Below are positions 18,171 through 26,644 of a DNA stretch of 41,980 bases, piece by piece. Position 1 is the first letter of the stretch, and each line of letters begins with the position of its first letter. A program made the position numbers and the translations under genes. This DNA is from an uncultured Bacilli bacterium (GTDB lineage: Bacteria > Bacillota_I > Bacilli_A > RF39 > UBA660), in the NCBI GenBank assembly GCA_947625085.1, contig CANQMV010000003.1, forward strand, positions 1 through 41,980. Direction: 5' to 3'. Below the pieces are notes generated by a model. It ran no database searches and was not told where the DNA came from. It worked only from the letters and a program-made list of their open reading frames with translations.

Positions 18171-18875
18171 CTAATCTTTTTTATTTATAATAAATTCTCT
18201 TAGCATTTTGGTTAAAGCGCGTTTTTCAATACGGGAGACATAACTTCTTGAAATATGTAATTTTTTAGCGATTTCTTTTTGAGTTAATTCATCTTGATTA
18301 TTAAGTCCATAACGATAAGCAATTATTTCTTTTTCTCTTTTAGTTAAAACTTTAACATATTCACTTAATAATTTAATATTTTCTTTTTGATATAAATCAA
18401 GAGCAAAATCTGGTTTATCTGATTTTAATACATCAACAATTGTTATTTCATTGCCATCTTTATCAAAACCTATGCTTTCATTTATGGATATATTTTTATT
18501 ATATTTATTATTACTTCTGTAATACATTAAAATTTCGTTTTGAATACAACGAGCTGAATAAGTCGTAAGTCTTACGTTTTTATCTTTTGAATAAGTATCT
18601 ATTCCTTTAATAAGTCCAATTGTTCCAATGGAAATTAAATCATCTTGAAAGGATACATCATGTTCAAATTTTTTTACTATATGAGCTACTAATCTTAAAT
18701 TATGTTCTATTAATTTACTACGAGCTTGTTCTTTTTCTTCCTTTGAACCTTCTTTCATAAGTCTTATGCATTCATCTTCTTCATTTTTTGATAAGGGCTC
18801 AGGAAATAAATTATTAGAATAACTTCCTGTAAAAAAAAGCATTTCTTTAATGATATTAATTAAATTTAAAAACAT
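18171..18875 (-). CDS. sigK: Sporulation sigma factor pro-SigK
   Basis: Hydrophobic pro-sequence then FPEPLS..EE; LIEHNLRLVAHIVKKF, DLISIGTIGLIKGIDTY, TYSARCIQNEILM, TQKEIAKKLHISRSYVSRIEKRAL. Uninterrupted (no skin-type insertion). Confidence 0.88.
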   Translation of the reverse strand: MFLNLINIIKEMLFFTGSYSNNLFPEPLSKNEEDECIRLMKEGSKEEKEQARSKLIEHNLRLVAHIVKKFEHDVSFQDDLISIGTIGLIKGIDTYSKDKNVRLTTYSARCIQNEILMYYRSNNKYNKNISINESIGFDKDGNEITIVDVLKSDKPDFALDLYQKENIKLLSEYVKVLTKREKEIIAYRYGLNNQDELTQKEIAKKLHISRSYVSRIEKRALTKMLREFIINKKD

Positions 18876-18932
18876 ATACCACCAATTAAGTATATGTTAA
18901 AAAATCAAAATAAATTATAATTAATACGAAAA

Positions 18933-18959
18933 ACAGATAGTTCTGATAAAACTATCTGT
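18933..18959. terminator. 10-bp hairpin, probable terminator
   Basis: ACAGATAGTT-ctgataa-AACTATCTGT perfect stem. Confidence 0.5.
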
Positions 18960-19487
18960 AATGAGTTTAGAAAAAGTTGTACCATTTATATTATTTATTA
19001 AATAATATAAATTTTTTAATAAATATTATCAGTATTTACAACAACTACTTATCTTTGAGTTTCTCCTCTCAAAACAATTGTCCTACTTAGTGGCGATAAA
19101 GATTATACTTTTGATATAATTTTTCTTACCAGATAACTTTCTACTAAATTGCTAAAGTATTAATTAATAATACTTATTACCCACTAGGTAATCAAAGAAT
19201 AAAGTTAATTATTCTAAATAGCTAATCAAAGCTATAATATAAATTAAAATCATTTAATTTATATAAAGACTAAAATATAAATTCCAAAAGAATATATATT
19301 GAGTCCATCACTTATAATAAATATTCAAAAGAATAAATATTATAGTCGAAGCAATTCACATAGAGTTGTTATTCTTACTAAGCAATTATAATTTATCATA
19401 TAGTTCGACAGAAGTCAACAAATTTTATGATTTTTTTTAAATTATTTACAATTTGACATTAAGGTGTAAATTTAGTTTCCCTTGATA

Positions 19488-20747
19488 TTACTCATTAATA
19501 ATATCTTCACTATTTTCTTTTGTACTATTTATGCCTTGTTTTATAGCCCTTGAACATTCTTCGACTTTCCTACTTCCAATAATATTATTTGCAAATATTA
19601 TAATATTTGGTACTAAAAATATTAAAACCGCGGCTATTATTCTTGTTGTCATTTTCTTAAAAGCATTTTGAATACCATCTTTATCATCTATAAATACTAC
19701 TTTAGCAAAATCAAAAGTTGTTAATAAAATTAATAATATTGGAATACCTATATATATAGTTTTAATAACATTATTATTTAAAAAATTTAAAAAATCAGTT
19801 CCAAAAAGGTTTTCACAAGTTTCAGTTAAATCGTCTTTGCGGTCAATTAAACTAAGATAATATTTACTTAATATATAAACATTATTGGTATTTATCTCAA
19901 CTTTTTCATTAAGTTTGTTAAGGTCATTAGTAAATCTCCAAACATTGGCTTTCTTATTTTCGTCATATTCTTTTGTTTCAACTAAATATCTTGGATATTT
20001 GTCAGTATTTTTGTTATCAAGAATATTTTTCAAATCTCCAACGTCATCATCATTTACATCAAATTTAATATAAATTACATGAGAATCTGAATTAGAAGCT
20101 CCACTGGTCCATATAGTTCCTGTATATTCACCATTAACAGTTACATTAGTCTTAGCTATAGTTATTTTTGATTTGCCATAAACTTGATAATAAATTAAGC
20201 CATCAATAACTAGTTCTGTCCCCTCGTAAGAAGTTTGGCCTTCATATTCTCCACCTGATGTTTCTGTCTTTTTTATCCATGTTCCCATCTCCCAACAATT
20301 AGTTGTAATTCCCGCTGCTTCATTACAAACTTGCTGATTTGGTGATTGAATTGTTTCAAAATCAGTTAGGGAAATAGAACCTCCTTCATAATTATTAGAA
20401 GTTGTACGTAGAAATGCATAATATACCTGAGAAGGACAACTATCATTATTATCAAAATATGAAGCAAAAAAAGAACTATCTTGGTCTCCACTTATTACAC
20501 CATTAACCATATTAGTTCGGGTAGAAACACTAGCATATTTGCCAAATAACTCAAATGTCATTTGTTTTTTTTGATTAATAGTAAATATAAAAGTATTTGA
20601 AGCTTCTATAGCATCGGATGAGCCTGAACTATAATAAACACAATCTAGTCCACCAGATGGAACAGCAGCTTGAACATCCATTATATTTAAAAAATTAAAT
20701 GTAAAAAAACATAAACCAATTAATAAAGCTACTTTAACTTTTTTCAT
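19488..20747 (-). CDS. Secreted-domain protein with C-terminal VirB2/TrbC-like pilin hairpin
   Basis: Signal peptide ending VQA-A; ~300-aa polar, Cys-containing domain; C-terminus TCENLFG...IGIPILLILLTTFDFAKVVFIDDKDGIQNAFKKMTTRIIAAVLIFLVPNII...C has the two-helix VirB2-like pattern. Confidence 0.65.
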   Translation of the reverse strand: MKKVKVALLIGLCFFTFNFLNIMDVQAAVPSGGLDCVYYSSGSSDAIEASNTFIFTINQKKQMTFELFGKYASVSTRTNMVNGVISGDQDSSFFASYFDNNDSCPSQVYYAFLRTTSNNYEGGSISLTDFETIQSPNQQVCNEAAGITTNCWEMGTWIKKTETSGGEYEGQTSYEGTELVIDGLIYYQVYGKSKITIAKTNVTVNGEYTGTIWTSGASNSDSHVIYIKFDVNDDDVGDLKNILDNKNTDKYPRYLVETKEYDENKKANVWRFTNDLNKLNEKVEINTNNVYILSKYYLSLIDRKDDLTETCENLFGTDFLNFLNNNVIKTIYIGIPILLILLTTFDFAKVVFIDDKDGIQNAFKKMTTRIIAAVLIFLVPNIIIFANNIIGSRKVEECSRAIKQGINSTKENSEDIINE

Positions 20748-20799
20748 AAGTGCACCTCTTGAAAATATTTTACCATAAAATAAAAAGTTTTAAAAGAAC

Positions 20800-22119
20800 T
20801 TATTCAAACTCTTTTAAAACTTCATTAAGCTCACTTAAATCAGTATCTTCTTTTTCAATTTTTTTATCAAACCATAGAGGTAAATTACTATTATCTTCAA
20901 AATAACTTTTATTAGTATTTTTATAGTCACCTTTAAAAATTGTTTTCTTTAATTTTTTATGTTCCTTCCGACAAACTTCCATAGCATCAACAACTGTTTC
21001 AACCTTTAAACGTTTCCACTGCCCAACGATTGTCTCAATATAGTCTTTATTTAATTTCTTATTATTGATTTTTAAAACATAATCGATTAAAACATTAACT
21101 ACTCCCGGATTTAATTTTTGTTCAAGCATTAAATTTTCCAATAACTTTTTATCACGATTAGTAGGTTCAACATTACCATAACTTTTCTTTAAAAAATCAT
21201 AAGGACTTGTATTTTCAAACATATAAATCATTTTAGCCAGTTTAGAATCAGACCCCAGTGGCGTTTTTAAATACTCAGGCTGACGATTATAAATTAAAGT
21301 TGGAAGTCTTCCATTATTTTCAAACTGATAATAATTTCTAGCACTTTTTCGAAGTTCATTTTTATCTATTAGACCTCTTTCATTTAGAGAACTTCGAACC
21401 AACCCTTGCATATTTAAATTATCAATTTTATAAATATAAGCTAAATTTAAAATTAATTCTTTAGTATCTTCATTAAAACATTTATCACTTATTAGTCTTT
21501 TTGGAATACTATCAATTAATAAATTAATATCAAAATTACTTTTTATAACTAAATTTAACTTTTTATCATTCTTAATATCCCCGTTATCAAAAAGTAAATT
21601 CGTATTTGTAATCGGAGAAAAAACTTCTTCAAAACTTAAAGTAATATCATTATAATCTTTTACGGTAATTCTTGGAACTTTATAATAAGTTTGTAGTTTT
21701 TCATATTCAACTGTTCCAATGTTATTATATAAAACAATATTTAAAATTGGATGATTAAAAAACTCATAAGCACTGATAGGAGAATAAAGTATATAAATAT
21801 AACTATTAATTTCCCCTTCTTTAAGATACGTTTTTAAAAGACCAATTCCTTCAAGTTTATTTCTAGCAGTTAAAATATTTTCTAATTTTAATTGCATACT
21901 AGTCATTAAATGATGATGGGTAAATTCTTCACTTTCAATCTTTTTTTTATTTAAATCATTAAATAACGTTAAATATAAAGAAACCGCGGTAAAACCAATA
22001 ATTGGTTGATATAAATTTGTTAATATTTTAATTTTTTCTGAACTAATAATGCCTTTATTATAGACAATATAATTATCAGCCGGGGTTAAATTATAAACTT
22101 GTTGCATAAATCCTCCCAT
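20800..22119 (-). CDS. dnaB: Replication initiation and membrane attachment protein DnaB (Bacillus-type helicase loader, not the helicase)
   Basis: ILTNLYQPIIG..AVSLYLTL, KLEGIGLLKTY, and C-terminal DnaD-like GVVNVLIDYVL..W..LKVETVVDAM. Confidence 0.9.
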   Translation of the reverse strand: MGGFMQQVYNLTPADNYIVYNKGIISSEKIKILTNLYQPIIGFTAVSLYLTLFNDLNKKKIESEEFTHHHLMTSMQLKLENILTARNKLEGIGLLKTYLKEGEINSYIYILYSPISAYEFFNHPILNIVLYNNIGTVEYEKLQTYYKVPRITVKDYNDITLSFEEVFSPITNTNLLFDNGDIKNDKKLNLVIKSNFDINLLIDSIPKRLISDKCFNEDTKELILNLAYIYKIDNLNMQGLVRSSLNERGLIDKNELRKSARNYYQFENNGRLPTLIYNRQPEYLKTPLGSDSKLAKMIYMFENTSPYDFLKKSYGNVEPTNRDKKLLENLMLEQKLNPGVVNVLIDYVLKINNKKLNKDYIETIVGQWKRLKVETVVDAMEVCRKEHKKLKKTIFKGDYKNTNKSYFEDNSNLPLWFDKKIEKEDTDLSELNEVLKEFE

Positions 22120-22174
22120 AAATTAATTAATATTATAGCATATTTAATTTATATAACCAATAATTTCTAAAAAG

Positions 22175-22702
22175 CTATTTATTAAAAGCTTTAAAAATCC
22201 AAAGGGCAATCATGAAAATATCTAAAAACCAAATCGAAGTAAGAAATAAAGTTATATAATTAGAAAAACCCATTGAAAAAGCAAATTTAGTATTTTCAGT
22301 TTTCTTAAATATTTGATTATAAGTAACCTCTTCTACTTTGTTAAAACTAAATTCACGATTTAAATTGTTAAATTTATCTCTAATTAATGTCAGTTCATCA
22401 TGTGAAAAATTATTAAATGCTAACTTTCTTCCTTCCGAAAAAGTAACAATATATTTAGTCTTTGTTTCCATATCTTCATTTAATACTTGAAAATTACCTT
22501 GAACTTTATTTATAAAATCTTTTATATTTTTGAAAAAATCTTCTTTAGGAATTTTTACAAAGGTTTTATTTAAAGAATCAGTTGAATAAGAAAAATGAAC
22601 TTTAATTAAATCTTGATTATTATCAACTTCAATAATCAATTTGTTATTTTTATCTTTTAATAAGTATAAATCTAAAACACTTAATAAATAACTTATATTC
22701 AT
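22175..22702 (-). CDS. Hypothetical protein with C-terminal TM helix
   Basis: ORF with GGAGG RBS; C-terminal hydrophobic helix YITLFLTSIWFLDIFMIALWIF. Confidence 0.7.
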   Translation of the reverse strand: MNISYLLSVLDLYLLKDKNNKLIIEVDNNQDLIKVHFSYSTDSLNKTFVKIPKEDFFKNIKDFINKVQGNFQVLNEDMETKTKYIVTFSEGRKLAFNNFSHDELTLIRDKFNNLNREFSFNKVEEVTYNQIFKKTENTKFAFSMGFSNYITLFLTSIWFLDIFMIALWIFKAFNK

Positions 22703-22758
22703 ACATCCTCCTTATTCTTTTATAATAATAATAGCATATTATTATTTTTTAGTAAATA

Positions 22759-25011
22759 TTATTCGGTATCATTTTCGGAATTTTCATTTTCAAGTTTAAC
22801 TAAAACTTCTCTAGGTTTTGAACCATTTTGAGGTCCAATAATGCCTCTTTCTTCAAGTAAGTCAACAATTCTTGCAGCTCTATTGTAACCAAGTTTAAAT
22901 CTTCTTTGAAGAAGGGAAGCACTAGCTTTACCACTGGTAATTACAAATTCAACAATATCATCATAAAGTGGGTCATCATATTCTTCTTTGATATTAGTAT
23001 TAGCATCTATTTTTTCAGATGATTCATTTGAAGTTAAATTCATTAATTTTTCATCATAGATAGCTTTTTGTTGACTTATAGTATAATCAACTACTCTTTT
23101 AACTTCTTCTTCCGTAATCCAAGCACCTTGAATACGAGTTGGAGTTGATTCTCCCATTGGTAAAAATAACATATCCCCCCTACCAAGTAATTTCTCAGCT
23201 CCCGTCATATCCAAAATAGTTCTTGAATCGATTCCACTAGAAACGGCAAAGGAAATTCTGGATGGAATATTTGCTTTAATAACTCCGGTAATAACATCAG
23301 TTGAAGGTCTTTGAGTTGCAATAATTAAATGAATTCCAGCTGCTCTTGCCATTTGGGTAATTCTCATAATTGAATCTTCTACTTCTTTAGAAGCAACCAA
23401 CATCAAGTCAGCAAGTTCATCAACAATTACTACAATATAAGGCATTTTCTTTAATTTAGCATCATCACCTAAAGTTTTATTTTTCTTTTCCACCATTTCA
23501 TTGTAACTACCAATATTTTTTACACCTTTTTCTTCAAAGATATCATATCTATCTTCCATTTCTTTAACAATTTTAGCAAGAGCAACACTAGCCTTTTTAG
23601 GGTCAGTTACAACTGGAGCTAATAAATGAGGAACTCCATTAAAGACAGATAATTCAACTTTTTTAGGGTCAACTAATAAAAGTTTAACTTCATCTGGTTT
23701 TGCATTCATTAAAATACTTACTAAAATACAATTAATACAAACTGATTTACCAGACCCGGTTGCTCCAGCTACTAATAAATGGGGCGTTTTATTAATTTCG
23801 CAGTATTTTGCTTTACTTAAAATATCTTTGCCAAGGGCAACTAATAATTTATTATTTGATTTTTCAGCAATTAATTTTTCCATTATTTCTCGAACATAAA
23901 CCGTAGTTGCTGTTTCATTGGAAATTTCAATTCCAACCGTACTTTTTCCTGGAATTGGCGCTTGAATTCGAACATCTTTTTTGGCAAGAGCTAAACTTAT
24001 CTCTTTATTAATAGAGGTTAATTTACTTAATTTAGTTCCCGCTTTTAATTCTAATTCATATTGAGTAATTGAAGGTCCGACTGTAACTTCCACGACATGA
24101 CCAATTATGCCAAATTCTCGTAAAACTTCTTCTAATTTTTTAATATTACTTTCAATATTAGCTTGATTATTATTTTTCGTCTTTTTAGGTGGGTCAAGAA
24201 GTGATAAAGGTGGAAGTTGATAATTTTCATTTGGTTTTACTCTTGAATCTTCAACTAAACTTTCCGATTGCTTGATATCTTCTTCATTATTATCAACAAT
24301 TTTAGCACTTTTTAATTCTTTAATATCAGAAATAACAATTTTTCCAGAATCGACATCTTCATCTTCATGGTCATTGATTTTAACATCTCGTTCACTTTCT
24401 TCTTGAATATCTTTTTTATGAGGCATCATTTTTTTACTTTGAGTAACGAATTTTTTAATTAAATCAGCAATGCTAATCCCAGTAATAATTATAATTCCAA
24501 AAGTAATTAAAACAACATAAATTATTTTAACTCCATTAACAGCAAATAAACTAGCAAACAAACTTAAGAAAAAACCGCCAACTAAGCCTCCCCCAATATT
24601 TTGAAATGTTAAATTCCTACTTGCGCCACTTACAATATCAAAAACATGCATTACATTTGAAAATGTTAATTGCATTGTATTACTAAAAGAAGTAAAACCA
24701 TCTTTAACATATGACATGTGTAAAAGTGTTAATAAACCAACTATTAAAACATAAACTCCAACTAACTTTGTATTTAAAAAATCAGGATATTCTTTTTTTA
24801 AAATTATATAAAAACCAAGTATTATTAAAGCAATTAAAAAAATAAAATATAAACAACCAAACAAAAAAGCTGAAAATGCACAGATAAGTTCCCCACAAGG
24901 ACCATATCCACATATTCCTAGTATTCCCATTAATATATATAAAATACCATATAACTCGACTTGATATTGAAATTTTTTCTTAGTTTCCTTTTTCTTTTTT
25001 TTCTTTGCCAT
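22759..25011 (-). CDS. ftsK: DNA translocase FtsK/SpoIIIE
   Basis: N-terminal TM domain, IQAPIPGKSTVGIE, Walker A AGATGSGKS, IVDELADLM, ATQRPS, gamma domain SASLLQRRFKLGYNRAARIVD. Start moved to the ATG at 25011 (MAKKKK) behind an AGGA RBS. Confidence 0.95.
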   Translation of the reverse strand: MAKKKKKKETKKKFQYQVELYGILYILMGILGICGYGPCGELICAFSAFLFGCLYFIFLIALIILGFYIILKKEYPDFLNTKLVGVYVLIVGLLTLLHMSYVKDGFTSFSNTMQLTFSNVMHVFDIVSGASRNLTFQNIGGGLVGGFFLSLFASLFAVNGVKIIYVVLITFGIIIITGISIADLIKKFVTQSKKMMPHKKDIQEESERDVKINDHEDEDVDSGKIVISDIKELKSAKIVDNNEEDIKQSESLVEDSRVKPNENYQLPPLSLLDPPKKTKNNNQANIESNIKKLEEVLREFGIIGHVVEVTVGPSITQYELELKAGTKLSKLTSINKEISLALAKKDVRIQAPIPGKSTVGIEISNETATTVYVREIMEKLIAEKSNNKLLVALGKDILSKAKYCEINKTPHLLVAGATGSGKSVCINCILVSILMNAKPDEVKLLLVDPKKVELSVFNGVPHLLAPVVTDPKKASVALAKIVKEMEDRYDIFEEKGVKNIGSYNEMVEKKNKTLGDDAKLKKMPYIVVIVDELADLMLVASKEVEDSIMRITQMARAAGIHLIIATQRPSTDVITGVIKANIPSRISFAVSSGIDSRTILDMTGAEKLLGRGDMLFLPMGESTPTRIQGAWITEEEVKRVVDYTISQQKAIYDEKLMNLTSNESSEKIDANTNIKEEYDDPLYDDIVEFVITSGKASASLLQRRFKLGYNRAARIVDLLEERGIIGPQNGSKPREVLVKLENENSENDTE

Positions 25012-25077
25012 TTTAATCCTACTTTCTATATTAATTATACTATCATTAAAAAAAAATAACAAGAATTTCCTTGTTAT

Positions 25078-25368
25078 TTAATGTCTAATTTTATTTTTCG
25101 TTAATCTTTTACGATTGCTACTTTCAAAGATAGCCCTATCTGGTGTAATAGCTTCTGGAATAATTCCATCATAATCAGAATTTCTAAATATATAACGAAA
25201 TAGCCCTGGTCTTTTTCTCCATAAACCATCATTTCCTAAAAGATAGGCTTCTTTTCGGTTTAAAACCATTAGATAACTTTCTGTTTCTCCTTGAGGAATT
25301 TTATAATATTCAACCAATATAGTATCTATGCCGTCTTTATTATTATCATTAATATTTAAATCTTGCAT
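25078..25368 (-). CDS. Small hypothetical protein, candidate immunity/antitoxin for the upstream RelA-like protein
   Basis: Starts 5 bp after the RelA-like stop; YY...W...EAITPDRA resembles the small YY..W..(E)ITEEEA proteins that follow RelA-like polymorphic toxins (pattern recall). Confidence 0.5.
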   Translation of the reverse strand: MQDLNINDNNKDGIDTILVEYYKIPQGETESYLMVLNRKEAYLLGNDGLWRKRPGLFRYIFRNSDYDGIIPEAITPDRAIFESSNRKRLTKNKIRH

Positions 25369-25373
25369 ACTAC

Positions 25374-26279
25374 TTACCTCCTTTTTTCATTTGCAACAAA
25401 TCTATAATCACAAGCTTTTAAACTTTCGGTATCCGGTGGAACGATTGTCGATTGTAAAAACGTTCGATATCTTTCTAATCTAAGTATCCATTCTAATTCT
25501 AATGAAGCATCTCTTAAAACTTTATATAAATCTCTTGTCGAGCCTTCTTTTATTTGATGTTCCATTGGCGTATGAAATTGAATTTCAAAAACATCCAGAT
25601 TATTTGGACAAACAATTTTAGCATTTATTCCTTGACAACCAACTTTCATCCATTTATCTTTATTTTCAGAAGTCCAAAAATTACTTGCATCAACCCAATG
25701 ATTTTTTAAATCTATCTGATAACCAAGACTTGCTAATTGTTGTAAAATTTTATCAACTATATCTAAATATATATCATCATGAATAATTACAGTATAACGA
25801 ATTCCATCTCTAATCTTTGAGCCTGACATATTATAATCATCATTATAAAAAAGATTAGCATCATGAATTATTTTTCTTTTTAAACTATCTATACTTTTAA
25901 TAGTATTATTTTTTTTATTAGGGGTAACTTCAAAATCAGATATATTATAACCTAAAAGTTCAACTCCAACTCCTAATGATGAAATTATTTCTTTTAAAGT
26001 CTTAGTAATACTTGGAGCTACTTCCGAAGAACGATTATAAATTCGCAAAGCCCAATTGGTTACCGTAACTTTATCTATATCTGATAAACAGTCATATGCA
26101 CTTTCTCCTTCTTTAAAATCTGCGGAATGTAGGTATTCATCTATAAATCGAAGTATTTCAATGTACTCTTCCTTAGAAAATTTTAATTCATCTGGAACTA
26201 ACGATAAATTTAAAGAAGGTTTTTGATTTAACAACCAGTTATCACTCACACTATCACTCATTTCCTTGACATTTATCAC
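25374..26279 (-). CDS. RelA/SpoT-like nucleotidyltransferase domain protein (small alarmone synthetase/toxin-like)
   Basis: IKSIDSLKRK (Syn1), RDGIRYT (Syn2 Asp), KNHW..CQGIN (Syn3 variant), FEIQFHT (Syn4 Glu-x-Gln). No hydrolase or regulatory domains. Confidence 0.75.
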   Translation of the reverse strand: MINVKEMSDSVSDNWLLNQKPSLNLSLVPDELKFSKEEYIEILRFIDEYLHSADFKEGESAYDCLSDIDKVTVTNWALRIYNRSSEVAPSITKTLKEIISSLGVGVELLGYNISDFEVTPNKKNNTIKSIDSLKRKIIHDANLFYNDDYNMSGSKIRDGIRYTVIIHDDIYLDIVDKILQQLASLGYQIDLKNHWVDASNFWTSENKDKWMKVGCQGINAKIVCPNNLDVFEIQFHTPMEHQIKEGSTRDLYKVLRDASLELEWILRLERYRTFLQSTIVPPDTESLKACDYRFVANEKRR

Positions 26280-26321
26280 TTATATGATATATTAAATTTA
26301 AATAATTGTAAAGAGGTATTT

Positions 26322-26636
26322 ATGAAAGTAGCAATTAATGAAAAAGTTATTAATTTAGAACTTGCCGATACTTTTTGGAAAAAATTAAAAGGCTTTATGG
26401 GCAAAACTAATATTTCCAGTTGTATGCGTTTTAAAACTAATAGTATCCATACTTTTTTTATGAAAGAAAAAATTGATATTTTAATGACTGATAAAAATAA
26501 TACTATCTTATATATTTTTCAAAATGTTCCTAAAAATAAAGTCATTATTAAAAAGAATGTTTATTATACTTATGAATTTCCAGCCAACTTTCTAAAAAAA
26601 ATAAAACTTAAGGATAAATTATTACTTCTTCCTTAA
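26322..26636 (+). CDS. DUF192-family protein
   Basis: LADTFWKKLKGFMG...SIHTFFMKEKIDILMTD...YEFPA pattern. Confidence 0.8.
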   Translation: MKVAINEKVINLELADTFWKKLKGFMGKTNISSCMRFKTNSIHTFFMKEKIDILMTDKNNTILYIFQNVPKNKVIIKKNVYYTYEFPANFLKKIKLKDKLLLLP

Positions 26637-26644
26637 GTTTTTTA

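Noticed and set aside
18889-18918. Possible sigma-E promoter for sigK (CATATACT)
   Set aside because: The -10 fits, but the ATA -35 element is 19 nt away (too far) and the site crowds the RBS; the motif is common in AT-rich DNA.
18960-19487. ~530-bp non-coding gap upstream of sigK, checked for a skin-like element, pseudogene or CRISPR
   Set aside because: No recombinase, repeats or recognisable coding remnant; only short weak hairpins.
19885-20073. 62-aa plus-strand ORF
   Set aside because: Antisense shadow of the pilin-fusion gene.
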